DNA of 27,509 bases from Acidobacteriota bacterium. Its GTDB lineage: Bacteria; Acidobacteriota; Vicinamibacteria; Vicinamibacterales; 2-12-FULL-66-21. The position numbers were made by a program, and so were the translations under genes. The notes under the pieces were generated by a model. It did not search any database. It had not been told where the DNA came from and was given only the letters and a program-made list of their open reading frames with translations. This document shows, one piece after another, positions 15,301-22,710 of the stretch. The stretch is from assembly GCA_039930925.1 (NCBI GenBank), contig JBDTSX010000001.1:1-27509 (forward strand), written 5' to 3'. Numbering within the stretch: position 1 is the stretch's first letter; each line of letters begins with the position of its first letter.

Positions 15301-15782
15301 GCCATGTCGAAACCCGGGTCCAGGTCCGCCTCGAGCGGAAACTCACGCAGCAGCGACAAGCAGAACGCGTCGATCGTGCTGATGGAGATGTCTCCCAGCC
15401 GGTCGCGCACCTCGACCCATCGGGCCTTGTCGAACTCCGAGCGCGCCGCCGTCTCCTTCAACTCGCGGATGATCCGTTCGCGCATCTCCGCCGCGGCTTT
15501 CCGGGTGAAGGTGATCGCGAGGATGTTGCCCGGCTCGACGCCCGCCTTCAGCAGGTTGACGTAGCGCCAGACCAGCACCGAGGTCTTGCCGGTGCCCGCG
15601 GACGCCTCGAGCACGACGTTGTTGCGCGGATCGATCGCGTAATCGCGCGCGGAGGCGTCAGGATCGGCGGCCACAGGGGGACACTCAACCTTGAGTGTCC
15701 CGATTGAGTGTCCCCCCACGACCGGCTCCGCCTCAACCCCGAAGAGGGAGGGCTGCGACGGCGGCGGGCGCTTCTCACTCAT
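12324..15782 (-). CDS. addA: AddA-like UvrD/SF1 helicase with C-terminal RecB-family nuclease (1152 aa)
   Basis: Start reassigned to ATG 15782, overlapping the addB stop (ATGAGTGA). Motifs EASAGTGKT, ILAITFTRKAAAEM, VLVDEFQDTS, VGDRKQSIYRFR, MTVHASKGLEF and LLYVALTRAR; nuclease motifs GTID...VEFKTG...QLDLY. Confidence 0.88.
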   Translation of the reverse strand: MSEKRPPPSQPSLFGVEAEPVVGGHSIGTLKVECPPVAADPDASARDYAIDPRNNVVLEASAGTGKTSVLVWRYVNLLKAGVEPGNILAITFTRKAAAEMRERIIRELKETAARSEFDKARWVEVRDRLGDISISTIDAFCLSLLREFPLEADLDPGFDMADETEVPRRVDESLDRSLRIFAGLARQEPDIAVVLAQLGVSRTRAGLRSLLERRLVAWDALDRFLAKGPADVTAEAVCRRAATALQDALRAVPGGLAAFLADGPVEHPRFQMLLRDLRALGELERAGDAQIRGVLDRVGGHFLTNEGKPRRPGAIPPYKGERDYPSVEASKRHRSAVVQIAPQIENVMAAFSRDLNVVLARGIRRMFGIALTQYRRALDERSVLDFSDVLQRALDLLRQMDEFSQSRFRLESRYHHVLVDEFQDTSRAQWELVSLLIQSWGEGLGLPTQPSIFIVGDRKQSIYRFRDAEVAVLQEAGRYIEALRLAGSPHRSISRSFRAVPELLEFVNELFTEMSQPGVRPDDFTYRGSDQFPIESTGARGRGPVLGIAVANDLDACAASVAAEIARILREDTVRDRTTGVPREARPGDIAILFRSRASHREFERELGVRGIPSYVYKGLGFFDADEIKDLSALLRYLADPGSDLRAAAFLRSRFVRLSDPALAQLGPALAAAITGPQFPEAGVQLDPEDRRVLQYVRERVGEWIAQVDRVPPADLIEQLLPATAYAYELRGARRQQAWENLKKMRGLVRRIQNRGYATLARIADHIDSLTAGDESNAVIEALDAVNLMTVHASKGLEFPVVFVVNLAKGATGPPRPVRVVMDGEGGAPSVSVGPFVSETDEAEREREKQETRRLLYVALTRARDRLYFSSVLKDGVLQPGRGSLAEVLPESVKPLFGRAATSFDELGVIAWAGPSGRSFTWRVCEVPSAPSSADEAGPIAEPAIGDAANDRFGPVTDRAEIERRSVTAWLGDSGASEGVRTDDWRDATVGILVHRLLQFGDRMSGATDDEQAAYARGLLKDDERGAVAEVDAAVAAAVSAWRRLRARGDVAALFAGGRRLHEVPFSYVAESPLPKDVSRPEGIILRGTIDCLIQKEDGSIVVVEFKTGRPRPGHRRQLDLYVDAARNLFRGAAVEGRLIYADHPAAAHADR
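15676..15716. repeat. Intragenic inverted plus direct repeat inside the addA 5' region
   Basis: GGGACACTCAA (15678-15688), CC, TTGAGTGTCCC (15691-15701), then a second TTGAGTGTCCC (15704-15714). Confidence 0.75.
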
Positions 15783-18700
15783 CGCCCACGTAGTCCTTGC
15801 GACAGACCGACGCATACCCGCACCGCGTGCAGAGAAAGGGCTCATCCGGCTTGACCGGGAACTCGCCCCGCTCGATGCCGTCGATCGCCGCCAGGAACCG
15901 TTCCTGCCCGGCTGCCACGGCCTCCTCGAGCGACGACGAGCCGCCGAGCTCGCAGAACGGCCGTTTCTCCCGGAAGGCGACATACCCGGCGCGCCCGAGC
16001 GTCCACGATCGGCCATGGCGCCCCTCGAGCGCCTGCTCCGCGCAGACGCCGTAGACCGGCAGCTGCAGTGCGCGCCCGCTCTTCGGCGCCTTGCCCAGCT
16101 TGTAGTCGACGAGGCGCAGCGTGCCGTCGGCAAGCAGATCGATCCGATCGGCCTTCGCACGGAGACGCACCGTGCGCGGACCCGCGGCCGTCGTGAAGGC
16201 GAAGGTCCCCGTGAGCTCGTGCTCGAGCAACCGTTCCACGACGTCGCCTCCCTGCTCGATCTCGAAGGCGAAGGCGCGCTCGGCGAGCCCGGACGCTGCC
16301 GCCGATCCAAGCAGGTAGGTCCGTTCGAGGGCACGATCCGATTCCGGCAGCGTCGCGAGCCGCGCTTCCGCCACGGCTTCGAACAGCCCCACGGCTTCCG
16401 TCATGTTGCCCGACGTGAGGCTCCCATGGCCGGACGACTGCCAGGCCCTGAAGAACGTCTCGAACACGTCGTGCAGAAACTGGCCGCGCTCCTGCGGGGT
16501 CAGGCCTGATTCCTCGTCGCGCTCCTCCGGCAGCTTGAGGACGTAGGTGGCGAAATACTTGAACGGACACTCCAGGTAGCGCTCGATATGGCTGACGGCG
16601 TAAACGGCTGACTCGCGCGCGCCGGCCTCACCATGAAACCTGCCGCCGCCCGTCGCCGAGCGCGACGCGCGCATGGCGAGCCACTCGAGCGGGGCGCCGG
16701 CGAGCGCCCCGGCCGCGAGCGGATCCTCCGCCAGGGCCTCATGCAGGAACACGCGTGATCGCACCCCCGCGGGGACCCGCTCCACCGGCAATCCGGCCGT
16801 CTCCAATTCCTCCAGAAACGATGACGCCGGCACAATCGCATCGTCTTCGAGCGTGAAGATCGAGACTGTCACGCGCGTCGTGGCGAGCGTCAGCAGATCG
16901 TGAAAGCGGGCGCGCGCCGCCGCCAGACGATCCGCGTCCGCCGGCCATCCCAGCTGGGTCAGGAGCGACGAGGGATAGAAAATGCTGCGACGGCCCCGAT
17001 CCGGCCAGTCGCTTTCGACCAGGCCGACGAGACGCAACTCGTCGACATCCGCGTAGGCCGCCGCCGGGGCGTCCAGGAGCGTCGGGCCGCGCGTGCCGGT
17101 GCGCGGCGAGAACGTCTGTCCTTCGATCCAGCGCCGGATGGTTGCCGTCAACTCCGCCAGCGGCATCGGCTCGTCGTCGTGCAGACGATGGGCGTCTCGG
17201 AGAGACTCGAGCGCCGCCAGGATCGCCGCCCGCGCGCGCTGATGCCGGTCGAACCAGCCGGCATCGGGGTCGGCAGGACGTTCGTGCACCGACACGAACG
17301 CCAGCAGCGCGGCCACCTGCGCCGACGCGGACGGGGCCTCGATCATCTTCCGCAATTCGCCGGCGGCGGCGGCAGCGGCGCGAAGTGCGGGCGCGGCGCG
17401 TTGCCAGCGGGACGTGCGCCGCGAGCGGTCGGCGAGGCTCCTGCCGGGCGGCGCCGCCGGCGGCGCGATCTGCTCGATCGTGGCAGCTTCCGCCTCTGCC
17501 GCGAGCGACGACAGACGATCCCATCCGCCCAGGTACTTGATGTCGCGCAGCAGGATGTCGGCGGCCGCGATCTCGCCCGCCCCAACCGGCGCCGAGCCGC
17601 CGGCAGCCGCATCACCCTCGAACCGCCAGTGCGGTGAGGCGAGCAGTTCGATGAGCGAGGCACGCGTGCCTTCCGCCGCGGCGAACGAGCACACGATGTC
17701 GAGCGCGGCGGCAAAGGGCTCGGCGGCCAGCGGCAGCGCGTCGAGCGCCTGGTAGGGGATTTCCGCGTCGGGAAACACCTGGCGCGCCAGATACAGATAC
17801 GGCAGCGGACGCTGGAAGACGACCGCCGTGCGATCGAGCGGCGAAGAGCCGCCGCGCTTGATCGCGCGCGCGATTTCCACCAGTTCCTCTTCGCGATCGC
17901 GGCAGACGATCCACCGCACCGGTTCCGCGCCGGGAGCCGGCTCCGGCGCCGACAGCACCGGCAGCGGCGCAGGCACGCCGAGCCGCTCCTCCTGGATCCC
18001 AGGCAGGACGTCGTGAATGCGCTCGTGGAAACCGGCCGCGAGGACGCTTTCGGTGGCGATAATGTCGAGCCGTTCGATCCCTGGCGCGCGCGCCAGGAGA
18101 TCGTAATCGGCAAGCCACAGCCCGCGCGGATCAGCGGCCTGGTCCGGGACCGTGACGATGATGTGACGGTACGGGGTCTCTGCGCTCGAGTGATGGCCGG
18201 GGCCGCCGTCCATGGCGTCCGGCTCGTCCCGCGGAATGCTGGCGATCGGAACCGTCGATCGGCTGACTGACTCCGACCAGCGCTCCGGACCGAGGCCGTC
18301 GATCACGTCGAAGAGCGGCGAATCACCCGCCGCCGACGGCGCGGTGCGGGACGCCGATGCCGGGGCCGTGATCCGTTCGCTTGGGGCCGGCGACCGCATC
18401 AGTTGCGCGCGCAACCCGTGCTCGTCGATCCGTCCGGTCTCCGCGACGCGCTGCTCGAACAGCTCGAACGCGGCGCACAGGAAGCGCGTCAGGCGCAGCA
18501 TACGTTCGGCGCCGCGATCGATCTCGGCGCTCGGCTCGAGGCTGCCGATCATCAACCGCTCGAATGCGCCGATCGTCTTGTCGCGCCGGCGCAGCTCGTC
18601 GTAGAACGCCAGGATCTCCACGATCAGGCCGGCGCGAAGCCGGAACGGAGCGGGGGTGCCGCGCGCGGCAGCGTCGATCGCCGCACGCCGGAAGATCACT

Positions 18701-18981
18701 TCGCGCTCGAATTCGGTAAGCCTCGCCGGCGCGTCAGGCACGCCTTGGTGGAGCTTCTCGTAGAGCTCCGCCCGGGTGATCAAATCCGGCAGCAGGAGCG
18801 CGCGCGATCCGGACGCCAGCACCCGGTTCTCGAGCGTGCGGCGCAGCGCTTCCGCCGCGCCGCGGCTCGGCACGAGGACGGCGCAGGCGCGCGGATCGCC
18901 GCTGGTGGTGCGTGCAATGGCCGCATGCATCGCCTGCAGGTCCGGCACCCGCAGCAGGCGGGTGATGCGTGGAGTGATCAC
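15775..18981 (-). CDS. addB: AddB-like PD-(D/E)xK nuclease subunit with Fe-S staple cysteines (1068 aa)
   Basis: GTG 18981 overlaps the upstream stop (GTGA). Motifs SHIERYLECPFKYF, RGQFLHDVF, KADRID...LVDYKLG, QLPVY and CTRCGYASVC. No N-terminal Walker A motif is seen. Confidence 0.85.
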   Translation of the reverse strand: MITPRITRLLRVPDLQAMHAAIARTTSGDPRACAVLVPSRGAAEALRRTLENRVLASGSRALLLPDLITRAELYEKLHQGVPDAPARLTEFEREVIFRRAAIDAAARGTPAPFRLRAGLIVEILAFYDELRRRDKTIGAFERLMIGSLEPSAEIDRGAERMLRLTRFLCAAFELFEQRVAETGRIDEHGLRAQLMRSPAPSERITAPASASRTAPSAAGDSPLFDVIDGLGPERWSESVSRSTVPIASIPRDEPDAMDGGPGHHSSAETPYRHIIVTVPDQAADPRGLWLADYDLLARAPGIERLDIIATESVLAAGFHERIHDVLPGIQEERLGVPAPLPVLSAPEPAPGAEPVRWIVCRDREEELVEIARAIKRGGSSPLDRTAVVFQRPLPYLYLARQVFPDAEIPYQALDALPLAAEPFAAALDIVCSFAAAEGTRASLIELLASPHWRFEGDAAAGGSAPVGAGEIAAADILLRDIKYLGGWDRLSSLAAEAEAATIEQIAPPAAPPGRSLADRSRRTSRWQRAAPALRAAAAAAGELRKMIEAPSASAQVAALLAFVSVHERPADPDAGWFDRHQRARAAILAALESLRDAHRLHDDEPMPLAELTATIRRWIEGQTFSPRTGTRGPTLLDAPAAAYADVDELRLVGLVESDWPDRGRRSIFYPSSLLTQLGWPADADRLAAARARFHDLLTLATTRVTVSIFTLEDDAIVPASSFLEELETAGLPVERVPAGVRSRVFLHEALAEDPLAAGALAGAPLEWLAMRASRSATGGGRFHGEAGARESAVYAVSHIERYLECPFKYFATYVLKLPEERDEESGLTPQERGQFLHDVFETFFRAWQSSGHGSLTSGNMTEAVGLFEAVAEARLATLPESDRALERTYLLGSAAASGLAERAFAFEIEQGGDVVERLLEHELTGTFAFTTAAGPRTVRLRAKADRIDLLADGTLRLVDYKLGKAPKSGRALQLPVYGVCAEQALEGRHGRSWTLGRAGYVAFREKRPFCELGGSSSLEEAVAAGQERFLAAIDGIERGEFPVKPDEPFLCTRCGYASVCRKDYVGDE

Positions 18982-20351
18982 CGGTGAGAGGGCGTCGTGA
19001 GCCGGTCGAGTTCCTGGGCCGCGCGATCGGTCAGCATGAGCGCGCCGGCGGCCGCCGACGCCGCGTCCCATGCGAGCTTCATGTCTTTCGATGATACCGC
19101 GTTCTGGCGCGTCGACGCGGCGCGGCGCGCCATCAAGAAGGCGGCGTCGAACAGTCCGTGCGTGGCGGTCAGCTCGACCGGCACGTCGATCGAGGCAAGC
19201 TGCCGCCTCGCCATCGCCAGGCGCTGTGCGAACGGTGACAGCAGCTTCGGCCGCGGGCCGGCCAACTCCCGGATCTGTTCGAGGGGGACCCGGGCGCGAC
19301 GAAGCTCCTGCAGCGGGGCCAGCATCGCGGCCCGGTAGTCCTTGAATGCCTCCCGCCGCAGGACCGACGCGTCGCGCGCCAGGCGCAGACGGCGGGCCTC
19401 GTCGAGGCGGAGATCCAGGAACGCCAGCAGCGCTGATGTCTCGCGCGGCCGGCGCCGGCCCAGCCGATCGTCCGCCTTCAACACGTCGATGAGGGTCCGC
19501 TGGACCGCTGCGACGTCGCCGCGCCGCGCCCGCCGCGCCGCGGCGGCCATCGTCGAGGAGGCCAGCGAGACATAGGACTGGTCGACGCGACGCTCGGTTT
19601 CGAGGTCGGCCAGCGCACCCGCCCTGAGGTCCGCGGCCCAGCCGCCGTCGAGCGCCGGCCCCTGCAGCGCGCTCGTGATCGCACGGAGAAGAGACACGCG
19701 CTCAGCCGGCTCCGGCGTTATCGCCGATGCCGCCAGCGCCTGTTCAATCGATTCGCGAAAGTCCGGATCCGGCAGAAGATCGACCGGTGGTTCCGGCGTC
19801 GCGGTCGCGACCAGGCTCACGTCGAAGCTCGACTGCCCGGCGGCAATCCGCAGTTCCGCGATCACTTCGTCCAGCATCGAGACCAGCTGCCCGACTTCGT
19901 CGGCACGGTAGCCGAAGTTTTCGGAAGGCCATCGGGCCAGGTTGGCGCGCGCCTCGCGCGCCATCGCCAGCCGACGAACGGGATCGGCGGTCAGCGCGAT
20001 GTCGTTCAACGCCTCGGTGACGCGTCCGCTGAGCATCGCAAAATCGTCCGCGCCGCGCGTGTTGCCATAGCGCCGCGCACGGACCGCATTGGAATACTTG
20101 TCGGTGCGATCCCAGTCGACAGACCGGTCTGGAATGCTGACGAGCAGCAGGCGCGGGGCAGCCGGCGCGCCGGTGGCGTCCGCGGTCGGCGAATCAGCGT
20201 CGCCGAGGGGCATCGAGAAGACGACCTGCCCGGCCACGCGCGCGAACTCGCCATAGCTCACAAGCGTGGTGCCGTCGGACAGAAACAGCCGGTAGAGCAC
20301 TGAATCCGCGGCCGCCGCGGGCCACGCACACGCCAACGCCGCCGCCAGCAT
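18978..20351 (-). CDS. Hypothetical exported protein (about 457 aa): small beta N-domain plus long helical region
   Basis: Start placed at ATG 20351 (uncertain). Signal-peptide-like MLAAALACAWPAAA, then LYRLFLSDGTTLVSYGEFARV and an Ala/Arg/Leu-rich helical body. Confidence 0.75.
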   Translation of the reverse strand: MLAAALACAWPAAAADSVLYRLFLSDGTTLVSYGEFARVAGQVVFSMPLGDADSPTADATGAPAAPRLLLVSIPDRSVDWDRTDKYSNAVRARRYGNTRGADDFAMLSGRVTEALNDIALTADPVRRLAMAREARANLARWPSENFGYRADEVGQLVSMLDEVIAELRIAAGQSSFDVSLVATATPEPPVDLLPDPDFRESIEQALAASAITPEPAERVSLLRAITSALQGPALDGGWAADLRAGALADLETERRVDQSYVSLASSTMAAAARRARRGDVAAVQRTLIDVLKADDRLGRRRPRETSALLAFLDLRLDEARRLRLARDASVLRREAFKDYRAAMLAPLQELRRARVPLEQIRELAGPRPKLLSPFAQRLAMARRQLASIDVPVELTATHGLFDAAFLMARRAASTRQNAVSSKDMKLAWDAASAAAGALMLTDRAAQELDRLTTPSHR

Positions 20352-20423
20352 GAGGGCGAACGCCCTGCAACCGCGCCTGATTCGACCCCCTGAAAGATTC
20401 AGAAAACGAGCCACTAAATCAGC

Positions 20424-20465
20424 TGTGGAAAACGTGTGGAGGAAACGTGGATCGGCTGTGGATTG
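20424..20465. promoter_or_regulatory. Array of four co-oriented DnaA-box-like 9-mers at 11-bp period
   Basis: TGTGGAAAA at 20424 (reverse complement TTTTCCACA fits TTWTNCACA), TGTGGAGGA at 20435, CGTGGATCG at 20446 and TGTGGATTG at 20457, each separated by 2 bp. Confidence 0.55.
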
Positions 20466-20551
20466 CCGGCGAATCGCATTTTTTTTCAGCGAAAACACGC
20501 CGGTAATCGGCTCGACGCACACTGTTGATGCGCCTTCGATGTTCCCTTCGC

Positions 20552-20579
20552 TTGATCGCTGTCGCACGGGCGTTACACT
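20552..20579 (+). promoter_or_regulatory. sigma70-type promoter TTGATC-N16-TACACT
   Basis: The -35 lies at 20552-20557 and the -10 at 20574-20579, upstream of GTG 20622. Confidence 0.45.
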
Positions 20580-20621
20580 TACTCGCTCCCCAACACTCCG
20601 ACCTGGATTCCTGAACAACCT

Positions 20622-20837
20622 GTGAACCTGCATCGCTTCGAAGAAATCATCAACGGGCGCGAGTACCGGATCGAGGTCTCGAGCGTCGGCCGCGGAAAAT
20701 GGCGCGCGGAGATCGTGCGCACGCCAGGCGGCCCGGGTGCGACGATGCCGTTTTACGGGGCGACACCCGTCGAAGCCGCCGCGCAACTCAGTCGATGGCT
20801 GTCGATCGCCCACGGCCAGCCTCGGCCGCCGAATTGA
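20622..20837 (+). CDS. Small hypothetical protein (71 aa), HicB-N-domain-like pattern
   Basis: HRFEEIINGREYRIEVSSVGRGKWRAEIVRTPGG...FYGATPVEAAAQLSRWL gives a beta-strands-then-helix pattern; upstream promoter candidate present. Confidence 0.8.
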   Translation: MNLHRFEEIINGREYRIEVSSVGRGKWRAEIVRTPGGPGATMPFYGATPVEAAAQLSRWLSIAHGQPRPPN

Positions 20838-20891
20838 TCGCCGGTCAGTCTTCTTCTGACACCTGTCCCGGGCCGCCGGTTTGACTATCGC

Positions 20892-22613
20892 TCAGCCGTC
20901 GCTCCGCCCTTTGCCTTCAACGATCGTGCTATAGCGATCGACCGGCAGGTCGGTGATCCGTTCCACCCGGCTGCTTGGCGCCGGCCACTTGATCTCGACC
21001 CAGTCCACTCTGGTCGCGGCGCCCAGACCGAGGACCTCGCGCATGTCGTGTGACGAGAGATAGCTCCCGCCGTTCGACTTGTACCGGCTGCGGGTGGTGC
21101 CATTCGACGACCAGGTGATCGTCGCGCCGATCGCATCGCGGTTGCAACTGGTGCCCTGGAGCTTCACGCCGACCCAGTGGTTCTCGCGCGCCGCGTTGTT
21201 CTTGAGGAGCACGGGCGCGCCGCCGTTGTTCCCGATCAGCACGTCGATCCGTCCGTCGTTGTCGAAGTCCCCCACCGCGAGTCCGCGGGCCGGGAACATC
21301 TTCTGGAACACCGGCCCTGCCTGCTGGCTGACATTCGCCAGCTTGGTGCCGTCGTGATGGAACAGCACCAGCGGCTCCTTGTAGCGCACCTGCTGCGAGT
21401 AGCTCTCGATCATGTCGTCGGGATGTCCGTTGGCGAGGAACAGATCGGTGAAACCGTCGTTGTCGTAGTCGAAAAATTTCAGCCCCCACCCGCTCAGTAG
21501 ACGGGTCGCCTGGGCGACGCCGTTCGCGGTCGCCACATCCGAGAAGGACTCGTTGCCGTTGTTCTTGTAGAGGGAGAACATCTCCTGGTCGACGTTGGCG
21601 ACGAACAGATCCTGCTTGCCGTCGCCGTTGATGTCCGTCGCGTCCACACCCATGCCCGAACGCGGGGTGCCGTTGGCGCTGAAACCGACTTCCGCCGCCA
21701 GGCCGATCTCCTCCCACTTCCCGCCGCCGCGATTGGCAAACAGGAAGTTCTGGACGGTGTCGTTGGCGACGAACAGATCGATCAGGCCGTCGCCGTTGAC
21801 GTCGGTCGCGACCACGCCGAGCGCCTTGCCGAGCGCGCGCTGAATGTCGGTGTTGGCACTGACCTCGGTGAACGTCCCGTCGCCGTTGTTGTGAAAGAGG
21901 ACGCTCGGCGTCGGCTTGAACACACGGGGGATGCAGTAGAAGCGTTTGCCCAGCTTGTTGTCGCCGCAGAACACGTTGCTCGCCAGCGAGAACTGGACAA
22001 AGCTGCACAGGAAGAGATCGAGACGGCCGTCGTTGTCGTAGTCGAACCAGACCGCACTGGTCGTCCAGCCTGGCGCCGCGACACCCGCCTTGCCGGTGAC
22101 GTCGGTGAACGTCCCGTTCCCGTTATTGTGATAGAGCGTGCAGCGGCCGTAGGCTGTCACCAGGATGTCGGGATAGCCGTCGTTGTCGTAGTCGGCAATG
22201 GCGCAGCCCATCCCGAATTCCTTCCCGCCGGCCACCCCCGCGCGCTCCGTCACATCCGTGAAGGTACCGTCACGATTGTTCTTGTAGAGCGCGTTCTTGA
22301 GCGGCATCGCCGGCGTGTAGAAGTCACTCGCGCCGCTGTTGACCATGAAGAGGTCCGGCCAGCCGTCGTTGTCGTAATCGCAGAACGCCACGCCCGGCCC
22401 CATCGTCTCCGGGAGGTAGCGGTTCGACGAGAGCGCGTTGTCGTGGACCCAGGCGATGCCGCTCGCCGCCGCCGAGACCTCCTCGAAGAGCGGCGCCGCC
22501 GCCAGCAGGCGCGAGCGGAACGGCGGGAAGCCAGCCGCCGTCGCGGCGCCGGCAAGACCGATCAGGCGGAGAAATTGGCGGCGTGACGGGACAAGGAACG
22601 GTGATCGCGGCAT
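20892..22613 (-). CDS. CRTAC1-like FG-GAP repeat / ASPIC-UnbV protein, Tat-exported (573 aa)
   Basis: Tat motif SRRQFLR; repeated DYDNDGxxD loops; [15 protein letters not shown]; C-terminal GGSYLSSH...LGLG...VEIKWP. ATG 22613 follows GGAGGAG, while the track's ATG 22625 overlaps a TAGAAT -10-like hexamer. Confidence 0.9.
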   Translation of the reverse strand: MPRSPFLVPSRRQFLRLIGLAGAATAAGFPPFRSRLLAAAPLFEEVSAAASGIAWVHDNALSSNRYLPETMGPGVAFCDYDNDGWPDLFMVNSGASDFYTPAMPLKNALYKNNRDGTFTDVTERAGVAGGKEFGMGCAIADYDNDGYPDILVTAYGRCTLYHNNGNGTFTDVTGKAGVAAPGWTTSAVWFDYDNDGRLDLFLCSFVQFSLASNVFCGDNKLGKRFYCIPRVFKPTPSVLFHNNGDGTFTEVSANTDIQRALGKALGVVATDVNGDGLIDLFVANDTVQNFLFANRGGGKWEEIGLAAEVGFSANGTPRSGMGVDATDINGDGKQDLFVANVDQEMFSLYKNNGNESFSDVATANGVAQATRLLSGWGLKFFDYDNDGFTDLFLANGHPDDMIESYSQQVRYKEPLVLFHHDGTKLANVSQQAGPVFQKMFPARGLAVGDFDNDGRIDVLIGNNGGAPVLLKNNAARENHWVGVKLQGTSCNRDAIGATITWSSNGTTRSRYKSNGGSYLSSHDMREVLGLGAATRVDWVEIKWPAPSSRVERITDLPVDRYSTIVEGKGRSDG

Positions 22614-22695
22614 GGGCTCCTCCATTCTAGCCGTGGAGACTGGTTCACCGGCGGCGCCGCGCTCCAGCGAGGGCCCGAAAGGCGCGGATCCGCTG

Positions 22696-22704
22696 TGCTA
22701 GCAT
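22696..22704 (+). promoter_or_regulatory. Extended -10 (TG-C-TAGCAT) 6 nt before ATG 22711; leaderless candidate
   Basis: Sequence ctgTGcTAGCATcggttgATG. Confidence 0.5.
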
Positions 22705-22710
22705 CGGTTG

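Noticed and set aside
13983-15707. 574-aa plus-strand ORF and other long ORFs opposite addA/addB
   Set aside because: Antisense shadows with Arg/Ala/Gly-rich composition and no recognisable domains.
15783-16334. 184-aa N-terminal extension of AddA in the ORF track (likewise the extensions to 555, 9332, 10051, 19071 and 20813)
   Set aside because: They overlap real neighbouring genes or promoters and look non-coding; downstream starts give coupled overlaps or signal peptides.
11786-18981. Dedicated anti-phage helicase-nuclease defence system
   Set aside because: The gene order, Fe-S cysteines and motifs match housekeeping AddAB, and no mobile-element or defence-island context is seen.
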